A DNA stretch of 64,000 nucleotides from Selaginella moellendorffii (Eukaryota; Plantae; Lycopodiophyta): assembly GCF_000143415.4 (NCBI RefSeq), contig NW_003314273.1, positions 440,915 through 504,914 on the forward strand, read 5' to 3'. The notes under the pieces were generated by a model. It was given only the letters and a program-made list of their open reading frames with translations. It had not been told where the DNA came from and made no database searches. How positions within the stretch are numbered: position 1 is the stretch's first letter; the number at the start of each line of letters is the position of its first letter. A program made the translations under genes and the position numbers. Positions 13,926 to 25,497 of this stretch are shown here, piece by piece.

Positions 13926-14214
13926 ACTACCTACTTGGATATTTGGTATGGCTCATCGAAACCTCGCTCTAACCACATGGCTAGGGCACCTAGAGGCAGA
14001 AGGTGGGGAGAGTACCCACAAGGTTCGCATTGGGCTATAGTGTTTCGAAATATTATCTTAAAGTCCTAGACTTTGGAAAGGAAAAGGAGTAGTCCTCTTG
14101 TGTAGTGACCAAACATATAATCACGTGGCAAGGAAGTTTTAGAGGTGGATAGGACTTAGTGGTCAGGCCTTCAGGCCTTTGGGCTAACCCAGTGGTAGTG
14201 TTGGCAAGCACAAC
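13926..14214 (+). mobile_element. Old family-A-like LTR in the opposite orientation, split by insertions A and B (pieces 6139-6157, 13926-14214, 21885-22301)
   Basis: The pieces join into a continuous reverse complement of LTR A, ending ...tagttgcttacg at 22301 (cf. ...tagtcgcttaca in A). Confidence 0.8.
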
Positions 14215-14831
14215 TGTAGTACACGTGGTTTTGACCCTTTATCCTATGGTGATTTACCATAGGATAACACCACGAAGCGGAACCTAAACCCTCTTTGTGC
14301 CACATGTCACATGCCATGTGTCCATGCCACGTGTCCATAGGAACCCGAGGTTCAGCACCTTGGGCCACTGAATGAAGGAACGGTGCCAAACTCCCAAGCG
14401 TGGAGCCAAGGAGTGATGGAACCGAACCACGGAGCAACTCTTGAGCATAAAGCCCAAGGAGTGAAGGGACAGGAGCCCGGAGCGACTTGGAACAATCCTA
14501 GAGTAACCAACATTCCAATGCTAGGACTAGCACACAAAACGGAGACAAACGGAGTCTAGCGCTATTTCGGCATATTGGTGGCCTAACGTGAGAACATGGG
14601 TACTCCACCAGCTAGTATGGAATGGAACTTGGGCTTAGACCAAGCGGGAGCTAGACTATGCCTCAGGTTGGTCAGCCATGCCCGACCTACCCACTATCCC
14701 TACTATACATTTGGAACCCCCCACAGGCCCCCCCCCCCCTTGAGGAACACACGCTTTGGGCTTTCACCCCAAGCCTCCCTTAGTATCAGGAGTTAGTCTC
14801 TGGGACAAGCTTGAAACTTACTAAATATGGA

Positions 14832-16312
14832 ATGTCCCTAGATTGTGAATTTGGACTCATTTATTACAAGCAAACGAGGGTGTATGTTCCAGAAGGGGAA
14901 CTAAGGAAGGTAGCCTTAGAAGAGTGTCATGACAGACCTCTTGCGGGACACGGCGGAGTGCCCAAGACGATGGGCTTACTCAAGAGGAAGTACCATTGGC
15001 CAGATATGGCTAAGGACGTCCAAGACTATGTAAAGACATGTCCAACATGTCAGCAGGTCAAAGCCGTGACTAAGGCTAGTGGGGGCTTGTTGCAAAGCAT
15101 CCCAATTCCAGATCGTCCGTGGAAATGTCTGACAATGGACTTCATCACAGGACTTCCCCCAAGCGAGGGGTTTGATGCGATATTTATGGTGGTGGACCGA
15201 TTTTCGAAGATGGCACATTTCATACCCACCACAACGGAAGTGGATGCGGAAGGTGTGGCGAAGCTGTTCTTCGAACAAGTGGTTCGAGTGCGGGGAAGGC
15301 CAGAAGAGATTATCTCAGATCGAGATAAAATCTTCACTAGTAGGTTCTGGAGAACCCTCCTGGAACAGTATCGCACCAAGTTGAAATTCAGCACAGCCTA
15401 TCACCCACAGACAGGTATGGGGTATTAAGTCAAGTTGATGGCACTAACACTTCTTGATAGACGGACAAACGGAAAGGGTGAATAGGCAGCTGGAGGATTA
15501 TTTGCGATGCTATGTCTCAGGAGACCAGACTGATTGGGTAAGTCATTTGGGACTTGCGGAAATGTGTTACAACAACTCACCACATTCGAGCATCGGGGTG
15601 AGTCCATGGGAAGTCATCAATGGGCGAGCTATTGAAGGTCCTGTGGAACTCGGCGTAGCCGCGTATCATGGAGAGCTACCCGCAGTGGAGGCATTCACGG
15701 CGGAAAGACTCAACATTTGGAATCTAGTGAGGGATTCCTTAGAACGGGCTCAACAAAGGCAAACCAAGTACGCGAACCTAAAGCGCCGGGACGTAGAGTT
15801 CCAAGCTGGGGAGAAGGTGTGGCTGAACACCAAGAACCTCAAGCTACCAAGTGGGATCAGCCGAAAGTTGACCCAAAGGTAAAAATGCATGTATTCCTGT
15901 AAATGAATTGATCTTGAGTTCCTTAAGCAGGTTCGCGGGGCCTTACGAGATTGAGGCACGAATCGGTAAAGTGGCTTACCGACTCCGACTTCCTCGAGAG
16001 ATGGGGAAGATGCACCCAGTGTTCCACGTGAACTTACTCAAGCCGTACTTTGAGGATCCGCTTCGCAAGGACCAAGTAAGACCTTTACCTGAGGTTATCC
16101 GAGGGGAAGAGGAATACGAAGTCGAGGCCATCCTCAATGCGCGCAAGAGCAAGCGACAAGGACGTGAGGTGAGAGAGTTCCATGTGAAGTGGAAAGGATT
16201 TCCACACTGCGAAGCAACATGGGAACCGGAGGAGAACCTAGCGAACGCGCGAGATCTAGTGGAGGAATTTCTGCAAGGCAGAACTCTATGTATTTATGCA
16301 AAGTTCAATTAA
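14832..16312 (+). CDS. Chromodomain-containing Ty3/gypsy (chromovirus-type) integrase; exons 14832-15414, 15461-15878, 15931-16312; 460 aa if the LTR-derived ATG at 14832 is used
   Basis: HHCC (ECHDRPLAGH..CPTC); DDE (TMDF, ISDRD, QTERVN) with exactly 35 aa between the second D and E after splicing; KLTQRFAGPY; HPVFHVNLLKPY; chromodomain EYEVEAIL..VKWKGF..ATWEPEENL. No stops in the spliced frame. Integrase-like sequence begins ~14853. Confidence 0.92.
15415..15460 (+). other. Spliceosomal-type intron 1 in the integrase (46 nt)
   Basis: ACAG|gtatgg...cactaac...cttgatag|ACGGA. Removal restores YHPQTDGQTERVN. Branch-point-like CACTAAC at 15442-15448. Confidence 0.9.
15879..15930 (+). other. Spliceosomal-type intron 2 in the integrase (52 nt)
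   Basis: CAAAG|gtaaaa...ttaagcag|GTTCGCG. Removal restores KLTQRFAGPYEI. AT-rich relative to the exons. Confidence 0.9.
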
Positions 16313-16411
16313 AAATATCAATTTGCAAAGTTGAGCAAGTGGCATATGTTGGGACCCGAAGGCATGCCGAAGGTAAGCTAATTAGCATGGGTTAGCTAGG
16401 TCGACCAGGTG

Positions 16412-16486
16412 TAGGGAGCTACGCCCGACTCCCTGCGGGGATGTCGAATCCATAGGGAGCTACGCCCGACTCTCTGCGGGGATGTC
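16412..16486 (+). repeat. Two-copy direct repeat (tagggagctacgcccgactc[c/t]ctgcggggatgtc) at the 3' end of the integrase segment
   Basis: Directly visible. The second copy abuts family-B internal sequence (caaaagtgtgatacaccc). Confidence 0.85.
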
Positions 16487-18705
16487 AAAAGTGTGATACA
16501 CCCCTGCCCGCAAGGACATAGAGAGAGAAGCTAGAGGCCCCAACCCTCATGAGCAAAGAAACCAAACCCGTCGATAAGGTTTAAATAGACTACTGTAAAC
16601 AGGCAGTTAGAGTTGTTTACACGGTCACGCCCTTTTGAACGGAATAAGGAACATCGACAGAGTGGTGGGTTATGTGACTAGTCGACAGTAGCTACCCCAT
16701 GACTAGAGATTTCAATATGCACACAAAGTGCCGAAGCCAGTCTGCCTATACTGGCCCAAACTCAAAGATCAATAGATGGACAATATCAAAGTTAGAGACA
16801 ATGATATCTTAGAGACTTAATTATCAGTGACTAAATCTTACATTAGAACACAAAAGTATTCCAAGCAAGTTATTGTCCAATAAACCAGTAGTATAGTATA
16901 GGAACCACCAAGATCATTGTAACTGGTAAACAGAATACAGGATCCAACAAAATTCAATAGCTAGTATATCATCAAGAAAACTCAATGATGAAACTTAACT
17001 ATCGAAGATGGTAGATAGAATGCTAAACAATTTGCGAAAGAGAACTCAAAGAATACAAAGTATCATTGATTGAGAAACACAATGCTCGCGAATGTATCAC
17101 CCAAAGGAAATAACATCCCAACCTATCAGAACTAACTTGAGCAATAATCAACAGAATAGAATGAATGTGGCAAAACCAACAAACACTCATTCCTGCCAAC
17201 TATCACAAAAGCCAATCCGAATAGATCCCAGCTAACAATACTAAGGAACTTAAATTGCCTAAGTAAGTGTCAGCAACATCCTACTGATGTTTCAAACCCA
17301 ATAAACCAATCCAGAGCAAACCACAAAGAACATATGGTATTGCGAAAAGCCAAAAACTATCAAAGAGAACAACTAACCATCATGAAAGATCATCAATCAT
17401 CCTATCAAGAAAGAGATGCATAATCATAGTTGAAGAAAGAATCTACCATCCCGAAGAATAGCAACTCAATTTATATCAACAATAATTAAGCAAAACTCTT
17501 TGACAAGGATAATCAACTATCCTAGATGATAGTCAATTATCACCAATGATTGCTAGATGCAAATATTAACTTCAATCTGGAAGCTAGAAGCCAAAATACC
17601 TTCCCTAACAACTTCTAACAAATGGAACAACGAGCATAAAACTCAAAGAACCAAAAGCTTGAAGAAGTCTATAGCTAAGTCTTGCCTAACAATGATCATA
17701 AGCTTTGCATAAACTAACTTCAATGCTAAAGAAGAAATCATGGTATAACTCACAATATCCTCCTCAACACATCCATAAGCTATACTACATAATGCAAAGC
17801 TAATGAAGAGCATGTTTGCATCAATTCAAAAGCCAAGCATAATGGAGCTATGCTCAACAAGTGATCATCTAATCGATCCTCCATGAATCCATCAATAGCA
17901 AAACATAACTCACTTCATAGCAAGCACAAGAAGAATCATCAATGATCGATATATCCCAACTGAAATCCAGCAAGGATTCAATCACTAACTCTTTCCTCTT
18001 ATAAAGTTAGCATAGTCCATGACTAAATCACTTTTCAAGAAAAAGCTCAAAACTCAACCTCTACTAAACAATCTTGTCTAGAACACAACTAACTCAAACT
18101 TGCCACTCAATTCATTTGAACGTCAATACAGTTGCTAATTAGCAATTGTACAAATGCTAATAACACAAAGCTATAGCCAAATCATCAACACTATCTTCAT
18201 CAAAACTAATGAAACTCGACATCAATCTTGCAGAGAGACATCTCATTTCACTAAAATCAACCAATTTCCTCCTATTAACAACTTCACATAGGTTCACCCC
18301 AACATAAATTCTCATGACCTATAATATGCTTAAGCCTCGAACATCTTTTTGTCCATTCTTTTGACATCCAACACCGACATCCGTAAAATGCAAATGGAAC
18401 ATCCAAGGCTTGATCACGAAGACCACATCTTCGGATATCCACATTGCACTAACACTCTTCTTCAACCACTTTCAAGATTCAATATGAAACTAAAACACTA
18501 ATAAGAAAAATGACATGGAAAATCAAGCTCTAAGGAAATTTCCTCATCACTTAAAATAACAATGCCACTTCCACTAACACAAATGCTAGTAATGTCAATG
18601 CCTCAACTTCACACCTTCTCTATCCAACAATCTACTTCAAGTGTTAACGGATCAACTAATGAGCTATAGCAAATGAATGCTACAACCCTTTTTCCAACAC
18701 CTTAT

Positions 18706-19760
18706 TGTAAGGAACCAACTCACCGAGGGTCGTAGGCTAAAGGAACCCCGAAAGCATGACCAAAATGACAAAGAGTTCATCGGATGGGACCAAGTCGAGG
18801 ATCGAGTCCAGGACCGACTCTAGAACCGAGTTCAAGATAGAGTCCGGAATCGAGTCCAAGACCGACTCGGGGACCGAGTTCGAGTCCGAGTTCGAGACCG
18901 AGTTCGAGACGGAGTCCGAGATCCGAAGTCGGATCCGAAATCGGGTCCGAGATCGAGCCAGAGACTAAGTCCAAATACTAATACGGGTCAAGGGGTGAAA
19001 GCCCAAAGCGTGTGTCTCCCAGGGGGGGGGGGGGGGCTGCAGGGGGTTCCAAAAGTATAGTAGGGATAGTGAGGTCCAGGAACCAGTTTAGAAGGGACTC
19101 TCCAGTGGGGCTCCCAAACTGACTTGAGGTTGGGACTAGGACCGAGGGGCCTTGGGTGGGAGTGAGCATGGACTTGGTTGGTGCCGGAGGGGCCATCCAA
19201 GGAAGTGCTCAAGAGCAGCTCCCACTCCCGAAAGGGAAACCGATTGCAATGCTCCCGGCTCATGTGGAGTGGTGCCCCACTTGAGTACCATGTGGCTCAT
19301 TGGTCCTTGCCCTTCCTAGGGGCTTGGGCCTTCCTTCGGGATGGAAGTGGGGGGGTAAAGGTACCCATACCGGGCCGCTAGGCCACGGTGTTTCGCCCCG
19401 GCGTCCCAAAGCAAATGTTGCACTCAAGACTTGGGATTTAGAGGGTCCCATGATCAAGTCTTGTGGTACCAGAGGATGTTAGGAACCTGGAAGCTTGGTG
19501 TGCTTGGCTGTTTGTGCTTGCGGGGAGTGTAGCCGAACCTTAAGTCCAGTCTAACCCGGGGAGGGGGATTGGGAGTGATTTGGGAATCCGTGGATGAATG
19601 GCTAACACTCCGTTGCTCGTGCAGTGAATAGCTGAAACCAAGTAGGAGCTGGTACCATAGGCGAGAACCTTGGCAAGGGAACTTAGCAAAAGCCAAGACA
19701 GTGTTGGACGGATAGATGAGGTAAGCTGGCAAATTGGAAGGGAAAAATTTGTGGCTTACA
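18706..19760. mobile_element. Solo LTR, family C (1055 bp), nested in element B copy 1
   Basis: TGTAAG...CTTACA termini. TSD CTTAT at 18701-18705 and 19761-19765. Empty sites at ~45065 and 60611-60615. Confidence 0.93.
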
Positions 19761-22301
19761 CTTATGGGCAAATCCTCAAGGAACCAAGGAACCAACTTAA
19801 GCTTAGCATAATGGACCACCATCGAGAATCCAGTCAAAGCTACTACAATGCTACTTCGTGCAAGTAGACTAGCTTCACCATCAACCACTTTGGGGTTGAT
19901 CATCATTTAACCAAGCAACTTCGTAAACACATCGCTCATTATCACATGGATATGATATAAGTATCACAATGATTTGATCATAAATTGAGTAACATAATGA
20001 GCAATGCCAATGTCATTACTACAAAAGTTTATGTGAGTATCAAGTGTCAACTCGATTCGACAAAATGTAACATAAATGCCACACTCCACTGATAGCGATT
20101 TACAACACCTAAGACCACTAACTTTTGTTCACAACACAGACAAGCTCATGCCACTCTCTTTCCGACCAAACTCAAAACTAATCCAACACCAAGCTACTCA
20201 AGGAGCAATAGCAAGGTTCCCCAAAAAAGAATTGAGCATTGCAACCCAAGTCTTCTAATAGTAAGCCTAGACAAAATGGTTTACCACTTCATTGCTATCC
20301 ATCCCATGACTCACCATTTACAAGACCATCATTTCCAACATGCATCAAGGTAGGGGCTCTTGATTGCATGATGTGAACACGGGCAATGGGTCACACCTCA
20401 TTGCGAATCATCTCTTCAAGAAGAGAACATGATTTACGTGTTTGATCCTTCGTCCTTAATGACTCTCCTTTCGGTCTCATCTTTGACTACACCTCAAGCT
20501 TGCTTTCACACTGCCTTCAGTCCAATCCAAGAGAAGTTTATGAGAGAACACGGCAATGACTACTTGAACCAATAGACTAATCCCTACAGTCTTGATTGAT
20601 CCACTTGTAACCATGCCTAAGAAGGATCCATTAGTGCCATGCTAAACAACTACGGATTAGCATATTTTCCACTCATAGCAAACCTAGGGAAGGTTTGCTT
20701 TTACCCACGGTACATGGAACAACTCATAGAACCATTGGAACAACCCATGGAACGACCGATAGGCTAACATTAATCCTGCCAACTCAAAACGTAACCTTGA
20801 GTTGCTAATATGCCTCACACACGAGCCCAAGCATAAACTCGTGCTAACGGAGCATCTCAAATCCATCCTATGAGCCCAAGAGCAAGCTCACATTATTAGG
20901 TACAAAAGATAACCAAAACCATACCCAAGGAACGAATGTGAACCCTTTGCACCAAACGTGTACCCACTCGGATCATCGTTTTCATCTCTGCGTATGCAAC
21001 AAGACTAGTTGCCCAATCTCATTGAATAGTACTCGTTGAGATTCATCCTCTGATACCAAATGTAGCGCACGTGATTTTGACCCTTTATCCTATGGTGATT
21101 TACCATAGGATAACACCACGAAGCGGAACCTAAACCCTCTTTGTGCCACGTGACAGATGCCACATGTCACATGCCACGTGTCCATAGGAACCCGAGGTTC
21201 AGCGCCTTGGGGAAGGAATGGTGCCAAACTCCCAAGCGTGGAGCCAAGGAATGATGGAACCGAACCACGGAGCAACTCCTGAGCATAAAGCCCAAGGAGC
21301 CCCCCCCCTTCAGGAACACACGCTTTGGGCTTTCACCCCAAGCCTCCCTTAGTATTAGGAGTTAGTCTCTAGGACAAACTTGAAATTTACTAAATATGGA
21401 ATGTCCCTAGATTGTGAATTTGGACATGGGACAAACACCATTGTGTTCAAACCGATCTCTACATTCCGTAGATATGCCAAATGAGCAAATCTGGACACTT
21501 TCCATAAATAGCATTTGGGACCGAAATGAGACTAACACAAAGGGCATGATAGTGAAGGTGTTTAGCAGACACGGTAAGCTATCATCTAGCGATATTGAGG
21601 GACCAATCTCAATATCGCGGGGGTTCCCAAAACTAGCAAGTGAAAATCAACGAATGAGTTTCTCTAACCAGGTCAAGTATGCTTGACAAATAGCATGTAG
21701 GAATTCCGTCCTTATGCCCATCTGGTCAAGTGCACATGCGAAGACCAGTTTCTCAACTAGCTTAGGCAGAGACTGATAACGGGCCTAGCAATACCGACCT
21801 CATACCATCGTAGCAGTAAGGTAAGAGTGTCCGTAAGGACTAGACGACAGGTAACTTTCGATACCCGAAGTCACATTCGCGACAACAACTATGGATGGAA
21901 AGGGATTAGATAGAGACTGAAAAAGGGATATTAAAGAAGGGTGTTTTCTATGTCTTTAGGCATCCTAAGGATGCTAAAATGTGGTCATAAGATGACCACT
22001 CATTGACAGATGGCCCAATCTTTGGGAGACAACATTGTGGTATAGGTGGTCCTAGGCTACCAATTAAATAAAGATGAATGGATATAGCCTTAGTATAATA
22101 GGATGATATGTTATTGGTATCTTTAGGTGTTTATCGTGGGATTGGACATTTGGAGCATTTGGACCAAGTGCAAAAGTTGAGTGGCATACAAGTCATTCAT
22201 AAGGCTAGCAAGTCCTTAAGATGGGAATAAAATTTATAAAAATGGTGAGTGAAACTCCTCCAAATGGTCAAATGTATGGTTAAATGATTTAGTTGCTTAC
22301 G

Positions 22302-23060
22302 TAAGGAGGATGTTCTAAATATTACTTTCTATAACCCATTTAATTTATATGAATTTTTTATGATGCTGTATAGATTGAATAATTCTTTAGAGACTTTTTG
22401 GATGATATTATTTACAATATGTTAAAGGTGACTATTAATTTCATTGATAATATCTTGATCCACTTTAAGGGGACATAGGAGGAACACATTTGTGATGTTT
22501 GTAAAACATTGGGATCAGCTATAGGAAGTTAATTTGACATTGATACGGTTAAAATGCATATATCTTGAGTATTATATTTTTCATGAAAATTTACAAATTG
22601 ATTCTGACAAACTTGTGGATATTATGAAGTTCTCTACTCCAAAGTGCGTGAACAATATGCAACACTTTCATAGCAAGGTGTAATATCTTTTTCATGTTAT
22701 TGTCTTTTTTATCATTGCAAGCATTAATGAAGTTGTTCATACTATTTTTCATCTAATTTGGGATTGTGAATAGACATTCATAGATCTTAAAGATGTGTTG
22801 ACAATTTTTCTAGTTTTTGAGTATTTTAACTACACTCAACCTTTTGTAAATGCTTTTGACATTATCTCAAAGGTGTGTTGTTGCAAAAGAGTATGATTGT
22901 GTTTGGTTAATATAATTCTATTGTGTATATTAGTCATATGTTGCAACTAATGGAGGTGAACTACTCCATGAAAACAAAACTTTCAAAAAGATTTATGCGT
23001 ATTTGCATAGTTTTTAGACATTGTTAAAAGGTGATTAAATTGCAATCTTTTCATTATTAA
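22302..23060 (+). pseudogene. Highly decayed Ty3/gypsy reverse transcriptase-RNase H (paralogues 45435-~46190 and 63457->64000)
   Basis: ITFYNPFNLYEFFMMLYRLNNSLETF (cf. TAFxTPxGLYEFxVMPFGLxNAPxTF), FIDNILI (YxDDILI), EEH..., DSDKLVDIMKFSTPK (DPxKxxAIxxxPxP). Confidence 0.8.
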
Positions 23061-23690
23061 AGTGGAAGAATTTTGCTAGTGTAATGCATGTGATCATGGG
23101 ATGAAATTTGGATATATTGTTATTGTGGATTCTTGGAACTTTCAGGAATAAATAAGGATAAAATAGCCACTAAAGGTTCTCTCATCCTTTTCCAGTTGGT
23201 TTAAGGGGAGAAAGATAGTGTGGTATCAAAGCAAATGGCACGGGTTCAAATCTTATTAATTAGTGGTTACTTAAAAATATAATATACCCTTAAGCAACAT
23301 ATATTCCTATTCCTAAATTTGAAATCGTACGTATTGGGCATCCATGCGTACATCCTTCCTCTTAGTAGAGTATCCACGAACGAAGGTATCCACTGTGGGA
23401 CTGCGGTATGAATGGATGACTAGTTGCCTTACATGGAATGGCTGGTTTACACAATGAAAGGATTGGTAAATTCAATATGGAAATAGAAGTGTTGCTAATT
23501 CAATATGGAAATAGCATGATCTAACATTGCTAATAAAGTTGAGTTTACTTTTACGATTGCTATAAGTTGATAATATTAGGACCTGGGATTAATATTTGAT
23601 GACCATTCTTGCACTACTTGGAGCAAAGTTTGTTAAACACTTCTGCCACATATAAATGAGATAATAGTAATGTTATGTGGAGTATAAAGT

Positions 23691-24835
23691 TGTCACGAAT
23701 GTGACTTTGGGTATCGAAAGTTACTTGTCGGCTAATCCTTACGGACACAATTTCCTTACTACCACGATAGCAGGAGGTCAGTATTGTTGGACCCGTTATC
23801 AGTTCCCACTTGGGCTAGTTGAGTATGATCAGCAAAAAACACATAGGGGTTCCTACTTTATATTTATCCAATCTAAGTGCATGGTTATTGACCAATTTTG
23901 GCCTAGTTTGAGAAACTTGTGTCATTGGCTTGTACTTGCTAGTATTAAGAACCTACAAAATATTGAGCTTGGTCCCTCAATATTGCTAGATGATAGCTTA
24001 TCATGTCTGCCAAACACCCTTGCTATCATACCTTTTGTGTTAGTCTCATTTTGGTCTCAAATGCTATTTATAGAAAGTGTCTAAATTTACTTATTTGGCA
24101 TATCTACGGAATGTAAAGATTCTCATGAACACAATGATATTCGTCTCGTATCCAAATTTGCAATCTAAAAACATTCCATATTTAGTAAATTTCAAGCTTG
24201 TTCTATAGACTAACTTTTGGTACTAAGGGAGGCTTGGGGTGAAAGCCCAAAGCATGTGTTCCTCAAAGGGGGGGAGGGAGGTTATGGGGAGTTCTAAATG
24301 TATAGTAGGGATAATGGGTAGGTTGTACATAGCCGATCAACCTGAGGCATAGTTTAACTCTTACTTACATGCTTGTTTTTGTTTTGCATTTGGCTTAGGT
24401 CTAATCCCAAGTTCCACACCATATTAGCTGGTGAAGTACCCATGTCTTTATGTTAGGCCACCGGTATTCCAAAATAGCACTAGACTTCGTTTGGCTCCGT
24501 TTTGCATGCTAATCCTGTCATTAGGATGTTGGTTGCTCTATGACTGTTTCAAGTCACTCTAGGCTCCTGTCCCTTCACTCCTTTGGCTATATGCTTGGGA
24601 GTTGCTTTGTGGTCCAGTTCCGTCACTTAGCTCCATGCTTGGTAGTTTGGGATTTGTTCCTTCGTTTAGTGGCCCAAGGCCTTGAACCTCAGGTTCCACA
24701 CCACTGTCCTTTGGACACGTGGCATGTGACACATGGCATATGACACATGGCACATGGAGGGTTTAGGTTCCGCTTCATAGTGTTATCTTATGGTAAATCA
24801 CCATAGGATAGGAGGTAAAAACCAAGTGCACTACA
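23691..24835 (+). mobile_element. Solo LTR related to family B (older, opposite orientation)
   Basis: TGTCAC...CTACA is the reverse complement of LTR B. TSD AAAGT at 23686-23690 and 24836-24840. The local paralogue near 25590 shows the empty site gagtataaagtggatg. Confidence 0.9.
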
Positions 24836-24840
24836 AAAGT

Positions 24841-25200
24841 GGATGATTGGTATTTGTTTATTTTCCCAATTTTATAGTGTATAATTTACCTAATAGGCTC
24901 TTTGCTTAGTAGAAAGGGTTGTATCAAGTGTTGTGGCAAGTTAGATTCCAAATTTATGATCATCACCAATTTATGTCATCATTGTGGTGAACTTGGATAA
25001 CTAAGGATATATCACATTTTCACAAGTGTTTATCATCCTCAGATGAATGATTTGGTGAAATAGCTGATTGGACCTTTAAAAGGATAATCACAATGTATAA
25101 GAATTTTTAATATTGAGATTAGGATTGTTATTTTTCATGTCTTCAATATGTGTATATCATAGGGGTATAGGGTGTTTTACCATATAAAGTATTATATATG
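24841..25200 (+). pseudogene. Decayed gypsy integrase remnant (paralogue ~47962-48300)
   Basis: FTSVYHPQMNDLVK* resembles STAYHPQTNGLVER. Lies downstream of the RT/RNase H remnant on the same strand. Confidence 0.65.
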
Positions 25201-25299
25201 GTCATGATCTAACATTACCAATAGAGTTGAGTTTACTTTTACAATTGCTATGAGTTGCTAGGACCTGGGATTAATATTTGATTACCATTTTTGCACTAC

Positions 25300-25497
25300 T
25301 GTAAACTTTTGAATCTGGACTTTTCGGGAGGTCACCACCCAACTCAATATTATTCAAACCCAAGGACACTTAACCCCAAATATCCCAAGACCCTTAATTG
25401 ATTGGAAAAGGGGGTGCACTCTTTTTCATGGGCCTTTTCTTTTTATATTTGAACCCCTATGGATCATCTCTCATGTCGTTCTTTTTGGTTATTTATA
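25300..25497. mobile_element. Short (198 bp) solo-LTR-like insertion; paralogue 48401-48598
   Basis: TGTAA...TTATA termini (decayed TTACA) flanked by ACTAC at 25295-25299 and 25498-25502. Uninterrupted paralogue ttgcactacttggagc at ~23610. Confidence 0.8.

Larger units (their letters stand above)
14215..21884 (-). mobile_element. LTR element family B, non-autonomous, copy 1 (carries the foreign integrase segment and solo LTR C)
   Basis: TSD ACAAC at 14210-14214 and 21885-21889. LTR tgtag...cgcgaca. PBS TGGTATCAGAG (minus) just left of 21061. 5' LTR 21061-21884 has an internal deletion; 3' LTR is truncated at ~14856. Confidence 0.92.

Noticed and set aside
15415-15930. Reading the integrase breaks as ordinary frameshifts or programmed ribosomal frameshifting
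   Set aside because: Each break contains 46-52 extra nt bounded by GT..AG, and removing them restores the motifs with no residue lost or gained.
23080-23433. TGTAATGCA...TGCCTTACA-bounded segment containing a PBS-like TGGTATCAAAGC (23221)
   Set aside because: No matching TSD, and the PBS-like motif is not preceded by an LTR end. Probably a TE fragment but cannot be delimited.
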